A stretch of DNA of 64,000 nucleotides, taken from the NCBI RefSeq assembly GCF_009914755.1, contig NC_060947.1, one strand, 5' to 3'. Below the pieces are notes generated by a model. It made no database searches and was not told where the DNA came from. It saw only the letters and a list, made by a program, of their open reading frames with translations. This document shows positions 12,382 to 27,059 of the stretch, piece by piece. Positions within the stretch are counted from its first letter, which is position 1, and each line of letters begins with the position of its first letter. Source of the stretch: the human T2T-CHM13v2.0 reference genome, Homo sapiens. A program made the translations under genes and the position numbers.

Positions 12382-14882
12382 CTAGGCTAAGTGAGATTCT
12401 AATGATGGCACAAAGTTAGTGGCTCCAGTCACAGAAAATGAAGGGTCTGACATTTAATTTCCAACCCCCTGTCCCACACTTTCTTCCTCAGAGTCCAGTT
12501 GCAATCAGAGCATGCACAGCAACAACCATACCACCCATATTAGGAAATCAGTGCTCTAGCCATATTATTAGATTTGGGGAAAAAAATGAGAACGTGTCTG
12601 GACATTCATTAGATCTCTGGGCATATCTGACCTTTGTGTTATTGGTACAATTAGTAATCAAATCCTTGGCATTTTTCTGTCTTTACCCAGGAGGTTCACC
12701 TTATAATTTTCTCAAAGATCATTATTTAGGTCCCAAATCCCAGACTGAGCTGGCAACATGATTATAAAGAAAAAATAAACCTCAAGCAGATTACATTACT
12801 TAAAAATTCACAGAAGAGGCTTGAAATTTTCTATTCACTAGAAAGAGCAGGGTCTGTACTACCTCTGTCAGCTTAACATTAACCAAGATGTGTAAAATTT
12901 AGCCTTTGACTTTAGCTAAAGTTGCAGCTCTTACCCAGAAATTTATTGGCTATACTAGTATTCATCTCAGTCACTGGAAATCATAAAGACATGTTAGGAA
13001 GTTAGTCTGAATATCATCAAAATCTTATAAAAATGAACAGAATATGAAACAAATATGTTTATACAATGGAATATAAAATTGGAAAATAGATATCTTTTTC
13101 CAGATGTGCTGAACACCACATTTCAGAAGTGGTCAAGAAAAACAGTGAGGAAAAGAGTTTGTAGAAATTATTTAAGATGAGGCAAACAGAGAAGCAGACA
13201 TGTTCATATTTTGCTATGTCTTAGAATGATGAAATAGGAGAGAGTGGTATTTTTCCTTTTCTCACCTTACCCCACAACATTAACTGAATTATGTGATTTT
13301 GAAACAAAACCTTTGATTAACTACAGACCAGTTATGTCTCCTCACTTTCTAAGCATGCTTAGAACTGCTTGTAAATGACAGATCTTTGTGATGGCAATGG
13401 GAAGCCAGTTAAAGCCCTTCCCCCCGACCCTACCCGCCCCCCACACTGATGGTCATCAAAGCATGATTATTTGTTAAAACTCCAGTGGCCATCAGATTAA
13501 TGAAGGTCCTGCCAGCCCAGTTTACCCTCTAAGTTTCCCAAATTTGGAGAGAAGAAAAAAGAAAAAGTTTGAACAGCTCATAAGATAAATTTTTAATCTA
13601 GTAAGCAAGGTTAATTGGATAGGGGTATTGAAAATAGCCAGAATATGAACAAGAATTAGATTGGAAAACAGTAGTCATTTCACAGGTTCTATATGGTGAA
13701 CATATTTGAGATGATTCTTTTTCAGTAGTCCTGGGACAACTAGATCTTTGACTTATTACTTCCGTCTTTTTGTCCTGATTTTTAGGGAATATTTGTTTAT
13801 AGCCAAACTAAAAGATCAGGCTGCAGTACAGCCACAAGACCCATTTCTGTGTAATATTGCTGAGTGGAAAACTTAAATTCCTCAGTCAGAAAATAAGCAT
13901 CCACTGAGAGATGAATCTTGTAGAAAAGTAGTGTTGAAAAACTCAATCCACACCCAGAGTTTGGTGAAGGTCACTTCTGGATGATGATGGGGTGAAATGA
14001 AGCTGTGTATTTGTGAACCAAATTAATACACGAATCTGTAAAGCATTCAGGCTGACCTTGAGACAAATGCATCTCCTTCTTCCAACCAAATTATAGTTTT
14101 TAACTCCTCAGAAGGATTGCCTTTCTGAGTGCTGACTCCAAGAAAGTCTGCTCCCTGTTGGGTTGTTCCTGACATGTATGAATGTTACCTTTTATCATCT
14201 CTTGTCCACTGATGACAAAAGGAAACTAATTAAAAGTAATTTCCAGGCTCTCAGAGTTAAGGTCCCCTCAGTGGCCTGAGAATTGTTTGCAGGTTTGGAA
14301 AGATGCCAACTGTGTGTTGGTTCTGGGCAATGATCCTGCACTCATATACATTCTGGAGTTAATGGTGAAATAATACAGTCACAACTGATGGGAAGCATAT
14401 TTTTCTGTCTTGAAGAATGAAGTCCCTGCAGATGTGTAGTGAATGCATCAGTGTTCACTGCCATTGTGAATTCTCCTAAAGCCTCTTTCTGAATTCAGTG
14501 TCTCCCAAAGCATTTCACATTTGTGGCATTTTCTATTATTCTTAAATGTGGTATATTCATGGCTTATTTACTTAAAGCCTCATTGTACATTTTGAAGAAA
14601 TTTCTTGGCATAGTGTTTCAGTAATATCATTAGTTTCTCTGTATGAATAAATGCTCCCAGATGGCTTTATGTCAACCACATACAAAATATCCCACTGTCC
14701 CTTTCTCTGAATGACAAAATTAATTTTGTTTATTTTTATAGCATTTCTATTCTAATTGTTCCAGAGAAGTCTTCCAACTAAGTAATTAACTGGTGTTGAG
14801 CAATAACTCATTTACTCTCATTTGCTTACTTTATAAGGCACACATTATTGTATTGTGGCCAGTACTGGTCGTGTCATTAGTC

Positions 14883-15671
14883 TTTTTTTTTTTTTTCTTT
14901 ATTTCTTCTTAAAAAAAACCAGGATGCATGTGCAGAACGTGCAGGTTTGTTACATAGGTATACATGTGCCATGGTGGTTTGCTGCACCTATTGACCCATC
15001 CTCTAAGTTCCCTCCCCTCACCCCCCACCTCCCAACAGGCCCTGGTGTGTGTAGTTCCCCTCTCTGTGTCCATGTGTTCTCAATGTTCAATTCCCACTTA
15101 TGAGTGAGAACATGCTGTGTTTGGTTTTCTGTTCCTGTGTTAGTTTGCTAAGGATGATGGCTTCCAGCTTCATCCATGTCCCTGCAAAGGACATGAACTC
15201 ATCATTTTTTATGGCTGCATAGTATTCCATGGTGTATATGTACCACATTTTCTTTATCCAGTCTATCATTGATGGGCATTTGGGTTGGTTCCATGTCTTT
15301 GCTATTGTAAATAGAGCTGCAATAAACATACATGTGCATGTGTCTTTATAGTAAATGATTTATATTCCTTTGGGTATATACCCAGTAATGGGATTGCTGG
15401 GTCAAATGGTATTTCTGGTTCTAGATCCTTGAGGAATCGCCATACTGTCTTCCACAATGGTTGAACTAATTTGCATTCCCACCAACAGTGTAAAAGCATT
15501 CCTATTTCTCCACAGCATCGGCAGCATCTATGGTTTCCTGACTTTTTAATAATTACCATTCTGACTGGCGTGAGATGGTATCTCATTGTGGTTTCGATTT
15601 GCATTTCTCTGATGATCAGTGATGTTGAGGTTTTTTTTTCCTTATCTTTGTTGGCTGCATAAATGTCTTCT
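14883..15671 (-). mobile_element. L1PA8-like LINE-1, 5'-truncated
   Basis: 3' UTR and ORF2 C-terminus (track ORFs [10 protein letters not shown]...[34 protein letters not shown]); TSD CATTAGTCTT (14875-14884 / 15676-15685). Confidence 0.93.
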
Positions 15672-15827
15672 GGGCCATTAGTCTTGAGTCCAGCATGTGT
15701 CCATAAATAATACCTGGTACTTAGTGTATGTCCAGTTAAAATTTACTACATGAATTAATGAATGGATTAATATGTATACACAGTTTAACTTATTATTTTG
15801 GATGTTAGCCTTGTGTTGATATGCATC

Positions 15828-16604
15828 GTGGAAGGATGTTTAAGGAAAAAAAAACTGTTTGTTTTTTCCTATCGTATATTCTCACAATACTTCTCAGATA
15901 CCAATTGCAAGTAGTAGGTTCCCAGGTTACCCAAAATTTCTGTCTGACTTGACTGCAAATGAGAGCTTCCCATGACCCTCTTCTTAGGCTTGATAATTTA
16001 CTAGAGTGACTCACAAAACTCAAGGAAACACTTTACTTACATTTACCCATTTGTTATAAATGGTATTACAAAGACTATAAATGAACAGCTAGATAAAGAG
16101 GTAATAGGGTGAGGCTCAGAAGGGCCCCAAGCACAGGAGCTTCTTTCCCCACGGAATTGGGGTACGTCACCTTCCTGGCACACGGATGTGTTCTCCAACC
16201 CACAAGTTCTCCGAAAGTCATAGATCAGAGATTTTGATGGAGGCTTCATCATGTAGGCATGATCGACTATTAACTCAACTTCCAGCCCTTCACTTCTTTC
16301 CAGAGGATAAGGGATGGGCCTGAAAGTTCCAAGTTTCTAATCAAGGCTTGGTATTTCTGGGGCTCAGGAACCATGCATGAACTCAACAAGAGTCACCTCA
16401 TTACGGCAAAAGATATTGTTATCACTCAGGAAATTCCAAGGGATTAGGAGCTCTGTGTCAGCAACTGGGGTAAAATAGCAAATATTAGAAAAAAAAGATA
16501 AACCCGGCACCCCTAGTTTTTTAGAAGTTTACTGTTGATTGTTTAGGAGCTCTGTACCAGGGACCAAAAATAAAATCTATTTCTTATTATAAATCACAAT
16601 ATCA
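15828..16604 (-). mobile_element. MER21 (ERVL) LTR
   Basis: Reverse complement begins TGATATTGTGATTTATAATAAGAAATAG...TGGTACAGAGCTCCTAAA; typical MER21 body. Confidence 0.85.
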
Positions 16605-18109
16605 AAAAGGATAGTTTCAACACTTCTTCCAATGGATACCTTTGGGAAATTTGTCAGCGTGGAAGACCTAGAAATAGATCTTCTTCTAACTTTATTAGAG
16701 CATAGATGACCCTAGCTGACTTAATTGCTTGTCATGTAAATGAAGCCTTAGAAGCAAAATCTCGTCTTTTAAGTATGAGTTTAGAGCTGGAGTGTAACTT
16801 CTAAAATTGTGTACTGTACTGATGGGCATGGGCAAGAATTCTTATCACCACTTCCCCCAAGGGCAGTGATGCTTGCATTATTCCTGTAGGTAAGTAGACT
16901 ATTAAAAAGTGCATATTTGTAGAACATTTTGTTATAACTGTAGGTAGTTTCTTTATAGACAGGTAGTTTCTCTGGAAGTGTTGCCTGTGAATAATCCTTT
17001 TTATGAATTACAAACAATTACTGGTTCCCATGCTTGAACAGTTTTATCTGCTTCAGTTCAATTAAATTTGGTAAGATAAATACTTGGGAGGGTGAAGTGT
17101 GTGGTTTCACAGGTAAATCTATGAATGTTGTTTCTTACTAAGGTTCATTGTGTACAAACTGCTTTTTCACTTCAACAGCATTCAACGTGCTTCCCTGAGC
17201 CTTCATCAAATAGGTTAAACATTGCTCCTTGTATTAAGCCTTCTAACCTATTTTTAGAATTTTGCTGCCTGATTGTATCTAAATAATGCATTTGACAGAA
17301 GGAAACAACCACATTGACTTCCTTAAAATCTATCACATATTTAGATACAGTCAACCAAAAAGCTCCATATTCAGGAGGCTATACTTAGATACCAGCTGTT
17401 TGTTTAGATTTCTAATTCATAGTTACTCATTGAGTGGATTTTTGCAACAGGAGATGGAAGAGGATTTTGTTTGCTTATATATTATCTGTATATTAGGGTT
17501 TCCTTTACTCTGCAATGAGGAAGTTAAATGCTTTCAAAGATCGTGAGTTTTTTTCTTTAAACTAAATTCAGCCAATTTTGCCCTTTTTTCTGCACATAAA
17601 ATGAGCATTATTTCTCAGGTATTACCAAAGTCTAATGTTATATTTTAATATCATTGTAAAATGGGATTATATTTTTGAAATATTTCTATGTATTTGCAGA
17701 TTCTACAACTAGGCTCTAGGGATTTCCTGCCTATTGGAGCACTGGGTTTCAGTGTTTCAGAGGAAGGGGAGGTACATCCACTAGGCGAATTCTGCCGTTT
17801 CTCAGCATCAAGGGTCAAATTTTTATTTGCATCCACAGGGAAATAATAACATTCCTAAAATAATCACGTTTTTGGGAGAGAGAGAATTTTTATAAATTCC
17901 TTTAGCATACGAAAGACCAAGCACGGAAAGGTCTTCATAGACATTTCCAGTGCTCACCAAAACCCTACTGAGCACCTTGAAGCTAGTGAGGCCATGAATC
18001 TACTACTGATTAAGGAACCATAAGAAGTAACGGCTTCTATTCTGGACTGGCAGTGAAATTCTTCAATTCAATTCAGTATTTCCTTTCAGTGGTGAGACTA
18101 GAGTGGTGC

Positions 18110-18303
18110 ATTAAAATGGCAGAACTGCAATAATGAAGCAGACTGCACTGCTGAGTCATCTCATGGAAGACAGTTGCACTGCTGGGTCACCTGATCTACA
18201 ACAAACTTAGTGTGTTCAAGAAATAAACTTCATGTGTTAATCCCTCAAAATTTGAGGGTTGCTCATTACCACATCATAACTCAATTCTATTTTGACTAAA
18301 ACA
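18110..18303 (+). mobile_element. MLT1 (H/I/J-like) LTR 3' fragment
   Basis: AGAAATAAACTTCATGTGTTAATCC...GACTAAAACA terminus. Confidence 0.6.
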
Positions 18304-18477
18304 GGCTCAGACCATTGTATTTCTTCCATGAGTTTGAAAAAATGCCTCTCCTGTTGTGTGAAGGCTGAGACATGAGTTTCACTCATGGAAAGGAAGAAGG
18401 AAAGGCACTAAATCTACTCCTGAATGAAAAGGTTATAGAACAAAGAAAGGGGTCACAGGGAGATCAAGAAAGGCAGG

Positions 18478-18843
18478 TGCTATGATCTGAATGTTTGTGT
18501 TCCCACCAAATTTATATGTTGAAACCTACTCTTCAATGTAATAGTATTAAGATGTGGGGCCTATGGGAGATGATTAGGTCATGAAGGCTCTATCTGCCCT
18601 TATAAGTAGGATTAGGGCCTTTACAAAAGAGTCTTGAGGGAGCCTGTTTGCTCCTTCCTGTATGTGAAGATGCAGCAAAAAGGTGCCATTTTTGAAGCAG
18701 AGAATGAGCCCTCACCAGACACTGAATCTGCTGGTGCCTTAAGCTTAGTGCCTAGCCTGCAGACTATGAGCAATAAATTCCTGTTGCTTGTAAATTACCC
18801 AGTCGAAGGCATTTTGTTATAGTAGCCCAAATGGACTAAGACA
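18478..18843 (+). mobile_element. MLT1A/MLT1A0 solo LTR
   Basis: TGCTATGATCTGAATGTTTGTGTTCCC...GCCCTCACCAGACACTGAATCTGCTGGTGCC...GGACTAAGACA. Confidence 0.9.
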
Positions 18844-19697
18844 ATAGGCATGGGTGAAGGCTTTTGTATTACTGTCTTTCAGTGTTGGTGGTAGAGTGGA
18901 AGTATAAGTTTTTGGGTTCTTCCAAAGCCTCTTTGTCAATTTCATTTCTTAATTCTTATTGTCTGTGTTTAATTCTATCATTTAACAATTTAAATTTATT
19001 CCTGCCCTGTCCTAGAATTTCTATTGTTCCTCTTATACAATCCAATTTTATTTCTCTTTTAGTCTTTATGGTCACAACACTCATTTTTTATTCATTTTAG
19101 AGTAAAAATCTAATGAAATAGAAGCATTGCTTTCCAAAACTGGCTTCATAAGATGATTTACTTGGATAAAGCACAGATAGTCAGTGTATGTTCAAACTCT
19201 GATTACTGAAATGAGTCACTTTACTTTCTATGCAAACTTTAGTATCTCTGACCAAGAAACACGCCATATTCTTTCCTCTGAATGCATTTTCAAAATGTTC
19301 TACTGTATCAGCAAATTCCATTGCATTCTTCATATTCTCAATATTTCATAGGCAAAATTTGTTCTTTCATTGTTTTGATGCTTTCCCAGAATGGTTTACA
19401 AGTGCTATTTTCTAAATTGCATTTGATTTGGCCTTTGCTACTTTGTTGATGTACTTATGAGGGAACAACAAAAAGTTTGTGAAAAAATGGAATTAAAAGA
19501 TACAAATAAAAAATATAAACCTTATTTTTCAACATAAGCTCCATCAAGTTCAAGACAGTTGCAAGCAATGATACCAGCCATTTAGTGCATTCCTAAAGAA
19601 CTGAGGATTCTGGGAATTTAACCATGTCAATGCAGTTTTTTGGTTTTTGTGTTTTTTTTTAAATTATTAACTGAAAAAAAAAGGGTGACCTTTAAAG

Positions 19698-20012
<315 letters not shown>

Positions 20013-20673
20013 CTTTAAAGATTTTTTAAGATTAAGAAACAAAAAGAAGTCAGAAGGAGTCAAATCAGGACTGTAAGGTGCCTAATGATTTCTTATTGAA
20101 ACTCTCACAAAACTACCTTTGTTTGATGAGAGGAATGAGCACGAGCATTGTCATGGTGGAGAAGAACTCTCTAGTGAAGCCTTCTGGGCGTTTTTCTGCT
20201 AAAGCTTTGGCTAGCTCTTCTCAAAACACTCTCATAATGAGCAGATGTTACCATTTCTTTGGCCCTCCAAAAAGTCAACAAGCAAAATGTTTTGAGCATC
20301 ACTAAAATCTGTCTCCATGACCTTTACTCTTGACCATTCTGCTTTTGCTTTGATTGGACCACTTGTACCTCTTGGTAGTCATTGCGTTGATTGTGCTTTG
20401 TCTTCAGAATCATATTAGTAAAGCCATGTTTCATCTCCTGTTACAATTCTTTGAAGAAATGTTCCAAGGTCTTGATCCCACTTATTTAAATTTTCTGTTG
20501 AAAGCTCTGCTCTTGTCTGCAGCTGATCTGGGCACAACAGTTTTGGCACCCATTGAATGGAAAGTTTGACTAATGTTAATTTTCCAGTTAGAATTGTGTA
20601 AGCTGAACCAGTTGAGATGTTTATTATGTTGGCTATTGTGCAGTTAATCATCAGTCATCTTCAATTAAGGCAC

Positions 20674-22947
20674 TGTATTAGTCCATTTTCACGCTGCTGA
20701 TAAAGACATACCCAAAACTGGGCAATTTACAAAAGAAAGAGGTTTAATGGACTTACAGTTCCATGTGGCTGGGGAGACCTCACAATCATGGTGGAAGGCA
20801 AGAAGGAGCAAGTCATGTCTTTCATGGATGGCAGCAGGCAAAGAGCGAGAGCTTGAGCAGGGAAACTCTCATTTTTAAAACCATCACATCTCATGAGACT
20901 TATTCACTACCATGAGAACAGTACAGAAAAACTCACCCACGTGATTCAATTACCTCCCACTGGGTTTCTCTCATGACATGTGGAAATTGTGGGAGTTAGA
21001 ATTCAAGATGAGATTTGGATGGGGACACAGCCAAACCATATCATTCTGCCCCGGCCCCTCCCAAAACTCATGTCCTCACATTTCAAAACCAATCATGCCT
21101 TCCCAACAGTCCCCCAAAGTCTTAACTCATTTCAGCATTAACTCAAAAGTCCACATTCCAAAGTCTCATCTGAGATGAGGCAAGTCCCTCTGCCTATGAG
21201 CCTGTAAAATCAAAAGAAAGTTGGTTACTTCCTAGATACAGTGGAGGTACAGGCATTTGGGTAAATACAGCTGTTCCAAATGGGAGAAATTGGCCAAAAC
21301 AAGGGGGCTACATGCCCCATGCAAGTTTGAAATCCAGCAAGGCAGTCAAATCTTAATGCTCCAAAATGATCTCCTTTGACTCCATGTCTCACTTCCAGGT
21401 CACGCTCATGCAAGGGGTGGGTTCCTATGGTCTTGGGCAGCTCCGCCCCTGTGGATGTGCAGGGTACAGCCTCCCTCCCGACAGCTTTCATGGCTGGTGT
21501 TGAGTGTCTATGGCTTTTCCAGGCACACAGTGCAAGCTGTCGTTGGATCTACCATTCTGGGGTCTGGAGGATGGTGGCCCTCTTCTCATAGCTCCACTAG
21601 GCAGTGTCCCAGTAGGGACTCTGTGAGGGCTCCAATCCCACATTTCCCTTCCGCACTGCCCCAGCAGAGGTTCTCCATGAGGGCCCTGCCCCTGCAGCAA
21701 ACTTCTGCCTTGACATCCAGGCATTTCCATACATCCTCTGAAATCTAGGTGGAGGTTCCCAAACCCCAGTTCTTGACTTCTGTGCATTCACAGGCTCAAC
21801 AGCATGTGGAAGCTGCCAAGGCTTGGGGCTTGCACCCTCTGAAGCCATAGCCTGAGCTCTATGTTGGCCCCTTTCAGCCATGGCTGGAGCAGCTGGGACT
21901 CAGGGCACCAAGTCCCTAAGCTGCACACAACATGGGGAACCTGGGTCTGGCCCATGAAACCATTTTTCCTCCTAGGCCTCTGGGCTTCTGATGGGAGGGG
22001 CTGCTACAAAGGCCTCTGACATGCCCTGGAGACATTTTCCCCATTGTCTTAATGATTAACATTCGATTCCTCATTACTCATGCAAATTTCTGCAGCCAGA
22101 TTGAATTTCTCCTTGGAAAATGGGATTTCTTTTTTATCACATTGTCAAGCTGCAAATTTTCCAAACTTTTATGCTTTGTTTCCCTTTTAAAACCGAATGC
22201 CTTTAACAGCACCCAAGTCACCTCTTGAATGCTTTGCTGCTTAGAAGTTTCTTTTGCCAGATATCCTAAATCATTTCTCTCAAGTCCAAAGTTCCACAAA
22301 TCTCTAGGGCAGGGGCAAAATGCCACCAGTCTTTTTGCTAAAACGTAACAAGAGTTATGCTCCAGTTCCCAACAAGTTCCTCATCTCCACCTGAGAACAC
22401 CTCAGCCTGGATTTCATTGCCCATATCATTATCAGCATTTTGGTCAAAGCCATTCAACAAGTCTCTAGGGAGTTCCAAACTTTCCCACATTTTCCTGTCT
22501 TCTTCTGAGCCCTCCAAACTGTTTCAACCTCTGCCTGTTACCCAGTTCCAAAGTCACTTCCACATTTTTGGATATCTTTCCAGCAGCACCCCACTCTACT
22601 GGTACCAATTCACTGTATTAATCTGTTTTCATGCTGCTGATAAAGACATACCTGAGACTGGGCAATTTACAAAAGCAAGAGGTTTATTGGACTTACAGTT
22701 CCACGTGGCTAGGGAGGCCTCACAATCATGGCGGAAGGCAAGGAGGAGTAAGTCACATCTTACATGGATGGCAGCAGGCAAAAAGAGAGAGCTTTTGCAG
22801 GGAAACTCCCATTTTGAAAACCATTACATCTCATGAAACTTATTCACCATCACAAGAACAGCACAGAAAAGACCCGCCTGCATGATTCAGTTGTGGGAAT
22901 TACAATTCAAGATGAGACTTGTGTGAGGACACAGCCAAACCATATCA
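20674..22947 (-). mobile_element. Complete THE1 MaLR provirus: 3' LTR 20674-21043, internal 21044-22613, 5' LTR 22614-22947
   Basis: Two THE1 LTRs (TGTATTA...CCAAACCATATCA) around ~1.57 kb of THE1-int; degenerate TSD GGCAC / AGCAT. Confidence 0.95.
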
Positions 22948-24026
22948 AGCATGCACAAGATTAATTTTTTCCTTGAAAATTGTTGTGGATGGTTTGCTGC
23001 TGCAGGCTTCATCTCCCACATTATCTCGTCCTTTGTTAAAATGAATTATCCATTTGTAAACTTATTTCTTTGGGGCATTATCCCCATAAACTTTTTGTAA
23101 AGCATCAGTGATTTCACTATTTTTCCACCCAAGCTTCACCATACATTTGATGTTTGTTTTTGCTTCAATTTTATCAGAATTCATGCTGCTCTGATGGGAG
23201 ATTTTTTTCAAACTGATGTCTATTCTTAGTGCCTCCAACTAGATTCTGTTCTGACATGTCATAACAAATTGGTATAAGCTATTTTGGTGCAAAAAATTTT
23301 TGAAATCTGTGCATAGTTTTTTTTATAATAAGCATTTTTCATGAACATATTGAAGACACCTTGTATAAGCACATGCTTGCAGGTTGCTTGCTGTTGGTAT
23401 GAAAACTAAGTTATGATTAAGCTTGTCATTCTCATCTACATCTCACAGATGCCAAAGCTTTACTTCCTCCAATTGTAGGTTTAGTTGTTTAACCAGTTGT
23501 TACACATCTTCTTTACTTAACATTAACCAAGCTTGAAATAAATTCAGTGGTAATTGCTCTATTCTGAATTATCACACAAACTCTTTGATCTCCCTTAATA
23601 ATATGTTTTATTTTAGCTATAAATTACACATGGCTTTAATAGTATCTTGTATAAATCAGTGCAGAGCAAGCTTGTTATCAGTACATAAAGATGAAGTATA
23701 AAAACTTACAGATTTTCTTCTCCCTTGTTTCATTTTCAAAAGGTTATTTTATTTTTAACACTTAATAGACAAAAATAAACATCTGTAGCTATAAACTAAG
23801 ATATGGTTGATGTGGATGTAGGTGAGAAGATTTGGAAAATTCTTGAGTTCAAGTGATGAGGATACCTCTTCAGGGAGACAAGACTGAAATGTTTTTTGTA
23901 ACCTAAGTTTTTGAAATCTGATCAATTGAATTGTATCCAATCTGAATAGATAGAGGAAAGCTGGACCTGGAAAGGAGGAGTAAAAAAGATGACACACTGG
24001 GCCTGAGGGGCATCCTTATATTACAG

Positions 24027-24070
24027 TCAACAAATAGATTCTGATGCACATCAACAAATAGATTCTGATG
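24027..24070 (+). repeat. 20-bp direct duplication TCAACAAATAGATTCTGATG x2
   Basis: Two exact copies separated by CACA. Confidence 0.85.
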
Positions 24071-24251
24071 GACTGTGCCTGCCTACCCTACTAGATAGAT
24101 GTATCTATTGCCAGAACTGTCTATCTCCTTTGTCTCTAAGTTTATGCTGACTATGCAAATTTTAAATTACTATTTTGAATTCTCAGAGACCTTGATACAG
24201 AGTAGGTAGGAGATGCACTGGACCATGGAGATGAGTATTTGAGTCATGGGC

Positions 24252-24384
24252 AGAGCGACCATATGTCCTGGTTTGTCCTGGACAGTCATAGTTTGTACCT
24301 CTTGTTCCAGCTTAATTATTAATAGCTCCCCATTTTCAATCTTAACTATGTCAGTTTGGACAATAAATAGTGTAGTCACTTTAT
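24252..24384 (+). mobile_element. MER94-like hAT-Blackjack MITE
   Basis: AGAGCGACCATATGTCCTGGTTTGTCCTGGACAGTC...TAATTATTAATAGC...GGACAATAAATAGTGTAGTCACTTTA; ~133 bp with degenerate terminal inverted repeats. Confidence 0.8.
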
Positions 24385-25254
24385 AAGAAACTCTTTAGCA
24401 ATACATTTATTTGAATGCAATTTATACATCTGTCTCTTGTAAGTTTGGTTGATGTAGTTTGTCTCTGACACCTTAATTAGCACAAAGCAGACTGAAAAAT
24501 TAATTTGCCATATCTGCAAATATGAGTAACAGTGTCCAATCTATAGGATTCCACCAATATTGTTCCACCCTGTAAAATCCTGCCTTGATCTCTTCTTGGA
24601 CATCTCTAACTCATTTTTCAGTTATTTGTATGTAAAGTTATAGTGGGCTTGCTTAGAGATTTTTCTGCTAAGTTACACTTAACTTACTAGGCAATTACCA
24701 TATCTTTAATTGTTATAAGAGATTAAAATTTTAAGATCTAGTGTTCTTAAAATTAATTGTGGCTCTTTTGAAGGGTCTCAAGGATGTTTGGAATTACTAG
24801 GAACGGTATACTGAGATTAGTTCAGGGTGCTTGGGGAGTAAAGACAATTTCAGTTTCAATTCAGAGAAGCCATGTATCTTACGGCAGCAGAGACCAGAAT
24901 GTGCAGCTGGCAAAAACTATGTAACAGCTGAGAAAGATAATTGTCCCATCATTAATACTTTGTCTGCCTAAGGTATAGACTATTGTCCTGATGATCCTTA
25001 GAAACTATCATGGTATATTTCATAAGGACTCATGTATCTAGCAATTTCCATGGACAAGCAGGACCAAGACCCAAGCAGGATCTGGGTCCTGGCTAGCCTG
25101 TGGTACCTGTTATCTATTGTTGCCAATGGTTATGATATTATTTTCCTTGCAGGTAGATACAATAATGAATATTTTTGGCTATTAGCATGTGGATGCATTC
25201 TTGAGGGGCTTGTCACAATCAAGCATAACACAGAATAAAATAAGGCTGCAATAG

Positions 25255-25512
<258 letters not shown>

Positions 25513-25834
25513 TGAAGTACAAATTCATTGTTGTAGAAGGCATTTTAAAAAGTATTGTTTGTGACTATCTTCTTGATATAGGGTAGGAAAAGCGTGAAGG
25601 AGTTATTATATATATTAAGAATTGTTGTTATGGATGTTTTTCAACTCATGAAAATGTGGTCAGCATTTGCTTGTAAGTGAGATGTTCTTATTCCTTTAAT
25701 GGATAGCCTTTTTCAGACTTATATGATTGGTTTACCCAGAATTATTTAGTTCTACATATTAAAAGAAAATCCATTAAATACAAAGCTACAAAGGGGTTTT
25801 TCTCCATAATATTCTTGAATGGAAACTGAATACT

Positions 25835-26150
<316 letters not shown>

Positions 26151-26184
26151 GAAAACTGAATATTTCTTTCCTTCTTTAATTATG

Positions 26185-27059
26185 TATTGCGGGATCTGGC
26201 CAGCAGCCCGCAATGCAACGGGGCTCTCTATTTGTTCCCAGGCAGATCGGCAGGTTTAGAAATAATAGACACATACAAGATAGTGAAAGCTGGGTCCAGG
26301 GGGGCCACCACCTTCTGGTTCCATGGTGCCAACAATGCACTGGATATACCAGCATTTATTATTAAGTTTAGTGAGAGTGGGGGTAGGTTAGTGAGGGATT
26401 TAGAGTCATTTGATTATGAGGTGAGATGGTCACATGGGGATGAAGTAATTCTTTAACATAACATCTGTATGCAAAAGTACAGTATACAGTGATAAGAATT
26501 TACAATATAGTGTGTGCATCAGTAATTTCTAACAGAGCCTTAAAACAGAAACCCAGTCTTTCAATAACCTATGATTAGCAAGATATTAATCAGCAGTAAC
26601 AGTTGCAGCAAAAGCTGGTTACAAACAATCCATAGATACAGGACGTGAAGCTAGACAACCGGTTAGACCAGAAATTCTCAGAAGGGAGTATGCCTTAACC
26701 CTAAAGAGGCCTAGAAAAGCCGTGGCAAGATGAGGGCGTTTATAGCCCTATCTTATCCATATGGAGAGGCACCCTCCCATGCGTCCGTTTATAGGCTCTC
26801 CACAAGGGTCGCATTCCATTCCCAGAGCTATGAACATCTGCTTTTCTGGGATAGAAATCTTGGTGATGTGAAACGTCCCTGACTGCACGTCCATCCATAG
26901 GCTCTCCGCAGGGGAAAGCACATCACGCACTGTTGGCTCATTCTGGCAGTCCAACCTGGCATTGTCTTTACACAATCCTGCATGCAATTTTGTATTTACA
27001 GTAATCGGGAGCATTTCATCTTTTATTCCGTAGCAGTAGTTTCAGGGGGTCTCCCTACA
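26185..27059 (-). mobile_element. HERV-K-family solo LTR, probably MER11D (HML-7)
   Basis: 875 bp; reverse complement TGTAGGGAGACCCCCTGAAACTACTGCTACGG...GATCCCGCAATA; perfect 6-bp TSD ATTATG (26179-26184 / 27060-27065), a length typical of betaretroviral integrases. Subfamily name is from recall. Confidence 0.85.

Noticed and set aside
21225-22885. Cluster of 70-159 aa ORFs on both strands
   Set aside because: All within THE1 internal/LTR sequence; fragmented MaLR remnants.
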